Shown in pieces: positions 1 through 9,611 of a DNA stretch of 64,000 bases. Positions within the stretch are counted from its first letter, which is position 1. Every line of letters starts with the position of its first letter. Both the position numbers and the translations under genes were made by a program. The notes under the pieces are model-generated. The model worked only from the letters and a program-made list of their open reading frames with translations. It was not told the DNA's origin and did not search any database. This stretch comes from Bacteroidaceae bacterium. GTDB taxonomy: Bacteria > Bacillota_I > Bacilli_A > RFN20 > CAG-826. The stretch lies in assembly GCA_963624045.1 (NCBI GenBank), contig CAVFNI010000008.1:3054-67053 (forward strand), given 5' to 3'.

Positions 1-790
1 TTTCTTCTAATTGTTTTTTGTTGAAGCTATTTTCGAATGGTTTGCCCCAATCATATATTTTCCTGACAGGCTTAAAATCATTGAAATCGACGGTTTCCTC
101 AGGCTCATCTTCAGAATCATCGTTCTCGATAGTTGCATCAAGAATTTCATGGACCAAGGTTCCATCGCCGTTTCGTTTATCGGTGTTAGTGACATCGTTT
201 GTCAGGGTATTCGAGGCGGAATCTGGACGGCTGTTATTGGCTTGCTTAGCTTCATTCATGTTCAATCTGCCGTTTGAAATTTTAGAATCTATAGCAACCT
301 CGTGTTTGGGCACATTTCCCGAAAAATCAGCTATTTCTCTTTGCTTTCGTTCGTAAGACTCATTGATTTCGTCCAAATATTCTTCCGCCTCTTTTTCGTC
401 GAGTTTAACGAAAACGATCTCTTGCTTGCTTGTAGAATTGTTTATCTCCATGCGATATCCGTTTATATCGAATGTCGCCGCCGGCATTGTGTTTCTAAGG
501 TCAGCCACATCATAAATCAAATATCTGTTTTCCCCAGAAACTTTGAAAATTATGCTGTCTATCTTTTTCTTAATTAAATAAGCGACCGTCTTACCGTCTC
601 TTTTTTGGATGATGCCTCCCGTTTTCTGTCGATTCCCGTATATCTTCGTCTTTCCCGACCTTCTTAACAGCGACGGCAGTTTTTTATTCGCTTTGTTTTC
701 ACAGGAAGAAGAACTGTGTCCAACGTTAAATCCTTTCGGAATGTCGACCTTTAAATTGCCGTTTTGTAATTGAACTAACCTTATGCTCAT
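1..790 (-). CDS. hypothetical protein, 3' end cut by the window edge (at least 263 codons)
   Basis: Absent from the ORF track because it has no stop inside the window. A hand check of the minus frame anchored at 790 found no stop between 790 and 2. The first ATG is at 790..788 (MSIRLVQLQNGNLKV...) and the upstream in-frame stop is at 871..869. It has an acidic stretch (ENDDSEDEPEE) and no motif I recognise. Confidence 0.5.
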   Translation of the reverse strand, partial: MSIRLVQLQNGNLKVDIPKGFNVGHSSSSCENKANKKLPSLLRRSGKTKIYGNRQKTGGIIQKRDGKTVAYLIKKKIDSIIFKVSGENRYLIYDVADLRNTMPAATFDINGYRMEINNSTSKQEIVFVKLDEKEAEEYLDEINESYERKQREIADFSGNVPKHEVAIDSKISNGRLNMNEAKQANNSRPDSASNTLTNDVTNTDKRNGDGTLVHEILDATIENDDSEDEPEETVDFNDFKPVRKIYDWGKPFENSFNKKQLEE

Positions 791-930
791 AACTCGTCTT
801 TTCTCAAATTGTACAAAATGCGATGTGAAAAGCAATCCTTGAGCAGTCTTTAGTGCCAAGCGTGATGTCTATTCGGTTTTCAGGAAAGATTATTCTCAAT
901 TTAAGCGAAGCATAGAGCATAATCGATGTT

Positions 931-1560
931 CTATTTTTGCTCATTCTTTTGAGATTCATGGTTGACGAAAATGGCGGGTGTTTTGCCTCCGCCATAATTG
1001 AACATTATTTTAGAGAGCCCCTTTGCCTTATCCGGGTTCCTGTTCATATAATCGCGGGCAGATTTAACTATGCCCGCAACCAATTCAACAACACTTAAAT
1101 ACACATATTTGCGTGTTTTCTCGACTTTGCCGTTTGTCTGCGTTGAATGCAAATCTTGTTTAATTCCTGCAACATCTCCCCTAACAAAAGGTTCTTTGCC
1201 CATGACGAGAACGAATTCGGCTATGTCAGTTTTTTTGGCAATATCGTTGCTACCATCGTGAAAAAGCGAGCATCTTAGTTGATAACAGCACGCGCCATCG
1301 AAAATAACCGAGCCACCTTGTTTATAAAACTCATCCGAATAAAGTAAACCCACGCTGTTATGAACGTTTCCATCGAACCATTGCGCATAATTCCTCTTTC
1401 CGCCCCTTCCGTACATTAATTTGGCGAAAGAATCTGGAATGCTCAAAGCCAAAGCGAGAGCAGCGAAATATTCGCCATGCGCAAGGCAGGAGTAAATTTC
1501 TTTCTCAACAAAATCAAACGAATTCACTTCAATAAAATTTTCTGAAATGACCACATTCAC
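931..1560 (-). CDS. hypothetical protein with a HEPN-like Rx4H motif (possible RNase)
   Basis: 209-aa ORF with an apparent GTG start, 45 nt downstream of the methyltransferase gene. Contains YQLRCSLFHDG (R-x4-H) preceded by an alanine-rich helix (GEYFAALALALSIPDSFAKL), as seen in HEPN families linked to R-M and Abi loci. Confidence 0.45.
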   Translation of the reverse strand: MNVVISENFIEVNSFDFVEKEIYSCLAHGEYFAALALALSIPDSFAKLMYGRGGKRNYAQWFDGNVHNSVGLLYSDEFYKQGGSVIFDGACCYQLRCSLFHDGSNDIAKKTDIAEFVLVMGKEPFVRGDVAGIKQDLHSTQTNGKVEKTRKYVYLSVVELVAGIVKSARDYMNRNPDKAKGLSKIMFNYGGGKTPAIFVNHESQKNEQK

Positions 1561-1605
1561 TATCCAAAGATTTCAATCTGTCGTGCGACGTTCTAAAACA
1601 AAGCC

Positions 1606-2631
1606 TTATATTTTGAGCAACGCTTTTATTTGAGCCGCAATAGCTTTAATAACAGGAACAGTAACTGAATTTCCCAATTGTTTATACGCCGATGTGTCGG
1701 ATTCATTGAACTTATATTCTGGTGGAAAACCTTGCAACCTAGCCCATTCTTTAGGAGTGAGCTTGCGAATACCTTTTTTATTGATTTGACCGCGAATACT
1801 GGTCACGGGTGTAAGATTGGTTTGCCTTTTATCAATAATAAGATTCCTTTCCCGTCCCATGCCGCCGCAAACAACCGTACCAGCCAAATCGTCAAGATCG
1901 CGAATTTTATAACCAAATCCTCGCCCTGCGTTGACCTGTTTTTGCTTGTGTCGTTCGAGACAAGATAGATACGTTTCCGAAAGATAATATTTAGCGCTGA
2001 CAGGCTCTTCTTCGAGAATCGATCTAATAGTGTTGTTTTCTTTAGCAATTGGTTTGGGCCAAGGAAAATCATTTCCGTCAGAAAGGGGGTTAATATCTCG
2101 TCTAATGCACACCATATATGTCCTCTCACGGGTTTGCGGAACGCCAAAATCCTGACTCCTTAGAACCTTGAAATAGAAATCGTACCCAATCTGTCGAAAC
2201 GCGCCTTCGATGATTTTAAAGGTATTACCTCCATTATGGGTAAGAAGACCTTTGACATTCTCGCAAAATATCACTTTCGGTTTATGATATTCGCATATTC
2301 TCACAACCTCATAAAACAGAGTTCCGCGAGACATTCCACGATAACTGTCATTTAATCCCATCTTTTTTCCAGCAATGCTGAATGCCTGACACGGAAACCC
2401 TGCCAAACAAATATCGAACGTCGGGATATCGTGTTCATCAATTTTCGTAATATCTCCCGATAATTCAAATGGGTCGTGGAAATTATCACTGTATACTTTC
2501 TGTGCTTTTTCGTCGAATTCGCTAACAAAAACCGTCGATAAACAAGGCCCAAATCCCTGTTCAAAACCAATCCTTATGCCTCCGATGCCAGCAAACAAAT
2601 CTATTGAACGGATTTTATTTTCTTCAGACAT
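1606..2631 (-). CDS. DNA (cytosine-5)-methyltransferase
   Basis: All canonical m5C methyltransferase motifs are present: DLFAGIGG (I), GFPCQAFS (IV, catalytic Cys), ENV (VI), QTRERTY (VIII), GNSVTVPV (X). Confidence 0.9.
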   Translation of the reverse strand: MSEENKIRSIDLFAGIGGIRIGFEQGFGPCLSTVFVSEFDEKAQKVYSDNFHDPFELSGDITKIDEHDIPTFDICLAGFPCQAFSIAGKKMGLNDSYRGMSRGTLFYEVVRICEYHKPKVIFCENVKGLLTHNGGNTFKIIEGAFRQIGYDFYFKVLRSQDFGVPQTRERTYMVCIRRDINPLSDGNDFPWPKPIAKENNTIRSILEEEPVSAKYYLSETYLSCLERHKQKQVNAGRGFGYKIRDLDDLAGTVVCGGMGRERNLIIDKRQTNLTPVTSIRGQINKKGIRKLTPKEWARLQGFPPEYKFNESDTSAYKQLGNSVTVPVIKAIAAQIKALLKI

Positions 2632-2635
2632 AAAA

Positions 2636-3814
2636 CTATATACCGGCCTTTCTTCTTCCTATAAAACGAATTTGCAAATTCAAACGAATAAATGGAATTC
2701 CATTCTCTCTCACCAAAACAGTGCCGTAATTGCTACGACTCTTACTACAATCAGGATGCTCAAGTTTAGTGTTTTGAAACAAATATTCCTTAAAATCATC
2801 CGTATCAGTGGAAAGGCATCCAGACACCTCGAATTGCGGATCGATAATCAAATAACCGCCATCGACATCGTTTTGTCCGCTCCACCTTTCGGTCGGAACC
2901 ATGCCAGCGAAGCAAGCATACAAATAATCTTTGATTTTCTTTTTGTAAAAAGCTTTGTCATAAGCCTTGTCGTAAACGGGCCTATGGAGAATCAATGCTT
3001 TCGGCATTTCGGAAAGAAGGGTTGGATGATCGTCAGAAAAATAATGAAGTTGAACAACATCCGATAGTATTGTCGGCAATACCGAATCAACCATCCCGAG
3101 ATTTAATTCAAACGTCGATGTCCCGTTCTTGTCCTTCGCGAGACCCATCGGAACAATATCGGCACCCAGTTCGATGATTTTCATACATCTCCCAAACAAA
3201 TCCACGGCATGCTCACCACTCTTTCTTCGTCTAGATAGGCAAATAGAGTTGATTTTGCTGATATTTTGAAGACTTAATCCTAAAAGATCGTATTCAAAAT
3301 TAGTTTGGAAAGAGCCGTTTTGCAAAGACGCGGGGCACGCAAAATCCGATTTAATAGAGAAGCCTGCTGAAACGCGATTCCCCGTTCTTGGATTAACATA
3401 CCTTAAGAGGATATCACACTTCCCTCCTACCCTAACGCCGTTAACAATTGACGGAAGGCTTCTTGCCTTAGGTTGATCGATTCCACATCTCTTCATAAAA
3501 TCGATGAGTTTGCTCGACAACTGAAAAGCACCTTTTCCAGTCAAAAGTTCGCCCTTCAGTTTTTCTGCGTTAATCATGAATTCGAATTGTTCTATATTCG
3601 CGAAAAAACCATCGGCGCTAATGCGAACAACCGAATCGTCAATAACGAATTCCAACAATCCTTTCGAACAACAACGAATTATCGATTCAATTACCATCGT
3701 CTTATCGGGCTTATTTTCAAGAGGATCGCGAATTATCAATTGACCGCTGCCCAATATTGAATAAAGCAAATACAATTCGGCCCATTCACCTTTGTTTTTA
3801 TAGATTTCACCCAT
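2636..3814 (-). CDS. type II restriction endonuclease, HpaII-like (probable CCGG specificity)
   Basis: 392 aa, ending 4 nt upstream of the methyltransferase gene start. The N-terminal NKGEWAELYLLYSILG and the GFSIKSDFACPASLQNGSFQTNFEY block resemble my recollection of the HpaII endonuclease family. The family assignment is from memory and was not searched. Confidence 0.6.
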   Translation of the reverse strand: MGEIYKNKGEWAELYLLYSILGSGQLIIRDPLENKPDKTMVIESIIRCCSKGLLEFVIDDSVVRISADGFFANIEQFEFMINAEKLKGELLTGKGAFQLSSKLIDFMKRCGIDQPKARSLPSIVNGVRVGGKCDILLRYVNPRTGNRVSAGFSIKSDFACPASLQNGSFQTNFEYDLLGLSLQNISKINSICLSRRRKSGEHAVDLFGRCMKIIELGADIVPMGLAKDKNGTSTFELNLGMVDSVLPTILSDVVQLHYFSDDHPTLLSEMPKALILHRPVYDKAYDKAFYKKKIKDYLYACFAGMVPTERWSGQNDVDGGYLIIDPQFEVSGCLSTDTDDFKEYLFQNTKLEHPDCSKSRSNYGTVLVRENGIPFIRLNLQIRFIGRRKAGI

Positions 3815-3820
3815 CGGTCG

Positions 3821-4627
3821 TTATTCCTCTTCGTCCTCTTCTTCTGAATCGTCGGAAGTGCTAGCTTTATTGTCGAAGTCACCATTTGCAATAGATTCAA
3901 ATAACCCTTCTATGATAGCTAAACCATCATCGAAGGACATCGCATCCAATGAAGTCACCGCCAGAACGTTATTTATATTCTTAGCAAGGAGGCGTGATCT
4001 TCCGTGCCCAACGATATCGGCGCGGTCCCCCCATTCAAGAAAAGACGTGACACACATATCGAAAATAGCTGGATTCCTAGAATAATTATTCTCGAGCACA
4101 CGATCCAAAACGACGCGATTTTCAAAGAAACAACGAAGTTTTTTCTCAAAAAGTTCTTCGTTTCCGAGTTCAGTTACTTGAGCGATAAGATACGCCGGCC
4201 AAAATAACATCAAAATCCCATTTCTAGCATAAGGAGCCCTTCGGAAAAAGTATCGATCAAGCACTCTTTTATCGCCATGTTTATCATCAATTGGCCATCT
4301 TTTTTTCATGTAATCCAAGTAAATAAAATGTGTGATGTACGCCATCAACCTTTCGTCATGCAAAAGCGTAAGAGGCACCTCGTTTTCAGCAAAAAAGCGA
4401 TAGATTAACAAAGAGTTTCTAAAATCGTTTTCCCATAAAGAGATTGAATCGTCGGCATCATAAAGCGTTGGAAACGTATCGTTTTGCAAAAGGCACTGTG
4501 TGAATTCAAAAGTAGAAAACCTAGCCTTATCCAATGTCTCGTTTGCATATATGGCAAGATTTCCTTGCGCAAATTTTTTTAAGTCTTCTAGACCCTTATC
4601 AGTTAGTAATTTAATAAAATTCGCCAT
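3821..4627 (-). CDS. hypothetical protein with an acidic C-terminal tail (member of the GHKL cassette)
   Basis: 268-aa ORF. Its stop lies 6 nt before the endonuclease start. The C-terminus is STSDDSEEEDEEE. No motif recognised. Confidence 0.6.
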   Translation of the reverse strand: MANFIKLLTDKGLEDLKKFAQGNLAIYANETLDKARFSTFEFTQCLLQNDTFPTLYDADDSISLWENDFRNSLLIYRFFAENEVPLTLLHDERLMAYITHFIYLDYMKKRWPIDDKHGDKRVLDRYFFRRAPYARNGILMLFWPAYLIAQVTELGNEELFEKKLRCFFENRVVLDRVLENNYSRNPAIFDMCVTSFLEWGDRADIVGHGRSRLLAKNINNVLAVTSLDAMSFDDGLAIIEGLFESIANGDFDNKASTSDDSEEEDEEE

Positions 4628-4630
4628 ATT

Positions 4631-5554
4631 TTATTCCCCGTATTCAGACGCCTTCTCAAAGGCGGTCATCATCATTTGCCCTTGCGCGTCGGTGAGCAGT
4701 TCCCCGGTTAGTTCCCAGGCGTAATCGCTTATGGTGTTGTCTTTTGATGGTTCGAAAGATTCTGGCTCAAACGGAGATTCCTTGAGCCTTTCCCTGATTT
4801 CGTTGAGTTTGTTCTTTATCGCCGCATACCATTTATATGCTTCGTATTCTTGATGATTTGTTAGCATCGCTTCTATAGCCATGTGGACGGTCGGATAGCA
4901 AATAACTGCATTCACCATATGAGAAAGGCTAGGTTGCGTTTGTTGGATGGATTTAACATCGTTAGCGATCGTTTTGTTGGCGTAAACGTAAATAATGTCT
5001 TGCTCCAAATCCAAATAAAAAGGCTTGTGAAGGTCTTCGTGCTCTAACGACCTTATTTTGATTATCGATGAAAGACCCCTTAATTGATCTGTTTTGATTT
5101 CCAGCACCCTTCCATATCCAAGAATCTGGCCCTTTTCGATTTCAAACGAATCACGATCAAACATTCCGTATATCGGGTCCATATACGTTTTATCAAATAG
5201 AAGATTAGTTTTTTTGTTAGCAATAATTATTGGAGTCAATTCGATATTCTTTCCTAACCTCAACATGTATGGCTGAATGAGGATTTTGCATCCTTTAACG
5301 TAATCGATGGCCTGGCGAATGGTGTCTTGTTCCTCAATAATTACGATTTTAGCTTCTTCGTTTTCAATCAATTTTTCGAGAGGCGGACAAACGACATCCA
5401 CACGAACCTCATATTCATAAGAGAGAGCGATTCCCTCTCCGCTCTTGTAAGGTTCTCCAACAATGGAAATATTGAATTCACATTTTTCGTTATAATCCCC
5501 GCCGTCGCGAAGCAAAACCGGCAACGGATGGTTACCCTTAATCGGCGCTTTCAT
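4631..5554 (-). CDS. hypothetical protein (member of the GHKL cassette)
   Basis: 307-aa ORF. The start overlaps the GHKL gene stop by 17 nt and is preceded by GGAGGTGGTGA. No motif recognised. Confidence 0.6.
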   Translation of the reverse strand: MKAPIKGNHPLPVLLRDGGDYNEKCEFNISIVGEPYKSGEGIALSYEYEVRVDVVCPPLEKLIENEEAKIVIIEEQDTIRQAIDYVKGCKILIQPYMLRLGKNIELTPIIIANKKTNLLFDKTYMDPIYGMFDRDSFEIEKGQILGYGRVLEIKTDQLRGLSSIIKIRSLEHEDLHKPFYLDLEQDIIYVYANKTIANDVKSIQQTQPSLSHMVNAVICYPTVHMAIEAMLTNHQEYEAYKWYAAIKNKLNEIRERLKESPFEPESFEPSKDNTISDYAWELTGELLTDAQGQMMMTAFEKASEYGE

Positions 5555-7652
5555 CTTTCACCACCTCCATAGCAGATTCCTTTCCTTCAAAACTCTCTTT
5601 TTTGGAGTTCGGAATCTCAATTGTATATGTCTTAGTAACGGTCGCGTATTCCAAAAGCATCGCCCTAAATGGCGTTTTAAAAAACACTCTGATGTGCATG
5701 TATTTATCATCGTTTATAATGATGTTTTTTAGCACGTTTTCAGAAATGTCCGTTAAACACTCCCCTGTATTTAAATCTATGGCCCCCTCAATCGATGGGA
5801 GATTGTTGTTTTCCTTGCTCTGTTCATCAACCGCAGCGATATGGAGATCTATCTTCTTAAATGAAGCGCTGCCGATTCTCCCTATTATCTCCACTTCTTT
5901 AGCGTATGGAGCATGGATGTCGCGAAAAGTTGCTGAAACATTTAAAGTTTTGTCATAAGTTATGAGGCGTTTCCCGTCGCTACTAGAATTTTCTGCATCT
6001 TTCGCCGTCTCGCGTTCATGATCCCAGTTGTGTTCATGGTTAGGATCATGGTTCCATTCTTCTGCTTTCAAACCGCCACCTTCGAAACTATCGGGATCGT
6101 CCCTTTTTGAATCCCTTTTGCGGATGCCGCTTTTTTTCTTTTTGACGCTCTGAGCAGGTTCTTCAACGACTTTCATCAATGGTTCTGTTCCAGTTCCGTA
6201 ATCACCGCTAATTTTTATGTCTTCCTCAAGAGATATGAAGTTTGTAAGTCCCGCAAGTTCAATATCGGTTTCTGAAGAATCAAATTGTCCAAATTGTTTG
6301 AGATGTCCGCTTACCCAATTTTCCAAATTTTCAATGGTCTTTTTAACGCTCAATCGGCTTTCTCCCAACGAAGAAAAATCATATTCCGTATGATTGCCCG
6401 CTTCGGCTCTAAGCAATAGTTCATTGCCAGGTTCTCCTTCAATTACAAGAACACCGGCTACAGGTCTTTGGGTTTTAACGTTTTTCGAAATGGTTCGCAT
6501 TCCAAAAGAACGATAAATAGACCATTGTCGGACAGTAACATCTTTGCTTTTGTTTAAATAAAGCGTAACGGGGCCAACACCTTCCATGCCATCTTCGTGA
6601 ATTTGACTAAAATCGTCGCCGCCTTTCGCTCCTTTATACGTCTCTAACAATGTTTTAGCCTCTTCAACAACGTTACTCAATTCAGCCGATCCGTCTCTAG
6701 ACGCTAATTTGTCTATAATCTTAGGGGCGTTTTCGTCAATTCTTATTTCTCCGCAATTTTCGGCTTTAATGGTGAGAGCAATTTTCTTTTCCAAAAATGC
6801 GACAAAAAAGTTCTTAATGGCATAGGCGGCCATGAGAAAAGGCCATTCTTCGTTATCAAATTTAGCGTTCTCGTCTGTGCCAAGGATAATGACGTCCGTC
6901 CCCTTTTGATCTCTCTTAAACAAGCCTTTACCAGCTGACGCAACTTCGTCAAAACTAATTGGCATTAAAGAATCAAAATCGTTGCAATCCAGAATGTTGT
7001 CGAGCGATTCACCATAAGAAACAAGACGGCCGTTCATTCTTTCGATGTGCCCGTCAACTTTGCTGGAAGCCAATCTTGAGCTGCCCGCTAAACCATAGCC
7101 TTCATCGGTTCTAGTAACGTAGATAACAGAAGAAAGGCCACTAAAAGGGAACGTTGCGTTTTTGCCAACCCCAACCCCGCCGCCAGAGCTAGAATCAGGT
7201 TTATCAGACGTGCCCTCCTGAAACAATAATTTCCAAAATGCCTTTTCGCCGTCGTATTTTTCAATGCCAGGGATACCTTTCGTATTAAAATCGGAAAACT
7301 TAAAATATCGCAAATAATCTTTCTCCAATAATTTTAATTGGCTTTTTGATTTGCTGATAATTCGCTCGTTTTTGCTATTTTCACCTTGGGCGAAATCGAT
7401 TGTTCCTTGGATGTGTTTGCGAAGATCGTCCAAACACAAAGCGTCATAAATGGAAGTGTTTGGAACTTTACCTTCTTCGGCGACCATTTCAACGGTAACA
7501 TTCCCATCATGAGCGTCGCGTGAATTTTGAATAAGTTCACGGATTAGAATCTCAATTCCAAGGGCGCCACTAAGCATGGCTGGATTGGCCGTAAGAATTT
7601 TTTCGGGGGAATTTTCTTTCCAAAATAGCCATCCCTTCTTTTTTTCCGACAT
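5538..7652 (-). CDS. GHKL (Bergerat-fold) ATPase, MORC/sacsin-like N-terminal domain
   Basis: N-box RELIQNSRDA (ExxxNxxD), G1-like SDFNTKGIPG, G2 GGGVGVGKNATF. The start was re-set to the ATG at 7652, which lies 8 nt after GGGAGG; an ATGA overlap with the upstream stop occurs at 7658-7655. The track's N-terminal extension to 7790 overlaps the upstream gene. Confidence 0.75.
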   Translation of the reverse strand: MSEKKKGWLFWKENSPEKILTANPAMLSGALGIEILIRELIQNSRDAHDGNVTVEMVAEEGKVPNTSIYDALCLDDLRKHIQGTIDFAQGENSKNERIISKSKSQLKLLEKDYLRYFKFSDFNTKGIPGIEKYDGEKAFWKLLFQEGTSDKPDSSSGGGVGVGKNATFPFSGLSSVIYVTRTDEGYGLAGSSRLASSKVDGHIERMNGRLVSYGESLDNILDCNDFDSLMPISFDEVASAGKGLFKRDQKGTDVIILGTDENAKFDNEEWPFLMAAYAIKNFFVAFLEKKIALTIKAENCGEIRIDENAPKIIDKLASRDGSAELSNVVEEAKTLLETYKGAKGGDDFSQIHEDGMEGVGPVTLYLNKSKDVTVRQWSIYRSFGMRTISKNVKTQRPVAGVLVIEGEPGNELLLRAEAGNHTEYDFSSLGESRLSVKKTIENLENWVSGHLKQFGQFDSSETDIELAGLTNFISLEEDIKISGDYGTGTEPLMKVVEEPAQSVKKKKSGIRKRDSKRDDPDSFEGGGLKAEEWNHDPNHEHNWDHERETAKDAENSSSDGKRLITYDKTLNVSATFRDIHAPYAKEVEIIGRIGSASFKKIDLHIAAVDEQSKENNNLPSIEGAIDLNTGECLTDISENVLKNIIINDDKYMHIRVFFKTPFRAMLLEYATVTKTYTIEIPNSKKESFEGKESAMEVVKDESAD

Positions 7653-7654
7653 TT

Positions 7655-8662
7655 TCATTTCCTCCCGAATATTTTGTATAAAGGTGGTCTCAGGTCTTTT
7701 TTTGACGGACCGTCTGAATAGAATTTCTCTTCCACCGCATTGAAGGTATAGCCAAAAATACCAGCGGCATGGAGCCCTTTCATAGCGCAATCTTTTTTCG
7801 CCGATAATTCGATATCGCCGTATGCGTTTTCTGGTACCACCCCCACTAGAACGATATGAAATATATCTCTAAGCAAAAGCGGTCTACCATTCGCGGCGGC
7901 TACGTTATTTTTTATTCTCTCAATGGCCGTTTCAGTAATTCTTATATCGGCAATGGACCAAACTTGATACGAATCCCATAAAATCAAATCGCCAAATCTC
8001 CTCTTTTTCAGTCGATTCTTGACATCTTCGATAGACAACGCATATTTGCCAGCAATGATATTGATGTTAAAAGGTTTGTGCCCATTTTCATCAAGAAGAA
8101 GTTTGTTCATCGCCTCCATGCTAGGATCATATCCGTGAGCCGCAATATAGCCGTTTGCATATATCAGTTTGGAAGTTTCGAACGCCCTTAATAAATTAGA
8201 TAAATTCGATATCGACGCCTCTTTCAATTCATTCTCCAGTTTATGCTTCAAAAAAGATTCAGGAAGAATTTTATGTACGTCCACCATTTCTAAAATCTTC
8301 TTTTTTATTTCTTCTAGTTTTTGCGTTCTCGACAACGGTTTCGGCATCGATAGCCTATCAGTATAATCATCGTTCTCTCCAACCGTTTCATCTTTACAAA
8401 CGCCAAAAGCAGCCAACGAACTCAACAGAAAACTTTTTTTAACTAACGTAGTTTTTGGAGCGATGACATTCATCACGAGCATAATCTCTCCCATCGGAAT
8501 CTTTAACTGCTTGACAATAATTCTGCTCAACGTAAGAGCGGCATATTCGTCAACCTCCAAATAATTCATTTGCTCAAGAGCGGCCTCAAGCACCACTTTG
8601 CAGAAACTGGGATTGGTTAAAATATGCTTGCCTTCTATTTCTGATGAAACGAACATTCCCAT
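7655..8662 (-). CDS. hypothetical protein (member of the GHKL cassette)
   Basis: The ORF was trimmed to the ATG at 8662 (MGMFVSSEIEG...). This start lies 1 nt after the stop of the 77-aa gene and is preceded by GGAGGAG. No motif recognised. Confidence 0.55.
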   Translation of the reverse strand: MGMFVSSEIEGKHILTNPSFCKVVLEAALEQMNYLEVDEYAALTLSRIIVKQLKIPMGEIMLVMNVIAPKTTLVKKSFLLSSLAAFGVCKDETVGENDDYTDRLSMPKPLSRTQKLEEIKKKILEMVDVHKILPESFLKHKLENELKEASISNLSNLLRAFETSKLIYANGYIAAHGYDPSMEAMNKLLLDENGHKPFNINIIAGKYALSIEDVKNRLKKRRFGDLILWDSYQVWSIADIRITETAIERIKNNVAAANGRPLLLRDIFHIVLVGVVPENAYGDIELSAKKDCAMKGLHAAGIFGYTFNAVEEKFYSDGPSKKDLRPPLYKIFGRK

Positions 8663-8663
8663 T

Positions 8664-8897
8664 TCAGTCGTCTCCTCCAAATTTAAATGGTTTGACGCGA
8701 CTATCTTTTGGGGAAAAAGCCGTTTTTGTATCGCGGACAGCTTCATCAATGGCTCTAAGCATTTGCGCCGCCTCTTCTTGGGTATACGCATAATTATTTT
8801 TGTTTGCGCAGTTAGCCAATAAACGAAGATCTTTAATGATTCTATTTGTTCTTGCCGCCGCTATTTTATGAAACCTTGCGTGCTTATCTTTGTCCAT
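8664..8897 (-). CDS. small helical protein, first gene of the cassette (possible regulator)
   Basis: 77-aa ORF directly downstream (minus sense) of an A+T-rich putative promoter region at 8898-9120. It is translationally coupled to the next gene. Confidence 0.45.
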   Translation of the reverse strand: MDKDKHARFHKIAAARTNRIIKDLRLLANCANKNNYAYTQEEAAQMLRAIDEAVRDTKTAFSPKDSRVKPFKFGGDD

Positions 8898-9611
8898 GCT
8901 TTATCCACATTTTTCTATATTTGTAATTAATTTGCATGCTAAAGATATATATGTCAATAAAAATATTCTTAAATACTATATTTAACAAATGTAGTAATAA
9001 AACGCTGAATAATTATACAACCAAAAGTAAATGCTATTCGTGTTTCCCAGTAGAACCGCTGAGGAATTGGCGCATCGAAAAGAGCCAGCAATACCCTACC
9101 ATCGTAGGCGACATGTGACCTTGGCATCGATAAGGTGGCTTTCTATCCTTGCGCTGCTAAAGAAAAAAGGAGGGAAGGCGCATGAATGAATCTAACAACG
9201 AAAACGGGGAACCGTACTTAGGCAGCGGAATTCCTGAGAAAATCGGCGAGAAACGCAGTCAATTCTGCCATGGAGGATCATTTCGTCTCTTTTTTAAGAA
9301 TTATCCACTCGCCCTGCAAAGAATCTTTAATCGCTTGTTGTTGGGAAGGGGGATAGATTAGCCTGTTCATCATGGTATATTCCTGCAATGATAAAACATC
9401 ATTCTTCTCAGTTAATGTTTTGTCGCAAGCGCAAATGAACTCATCCCAAGAAACGGAATCTTTGCCATTTAAAGCGGCCCTTATGCATCTAGATGAGATT
9501 ATTCATACATGATTTCATACTCATCCGCGGAACGTCGTGTTTCCCACGATTATCTCGAGTGTGAGCGCATAAACGCTTCTACGGGCAGATTAGAACCTAA
9601 TTAGGACCTTC

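Noticed and set aside
7653-8791. The N-terminal extensions of the track ORFs 5538..7790 and 7655..8791
   Set aside because: The extensions overlap the preceding genes. Internal ATGs with good Shine-Dalgarno sequences sit exactly at the upstream stop codons, so shorter, translationally coupled starts were preferred.
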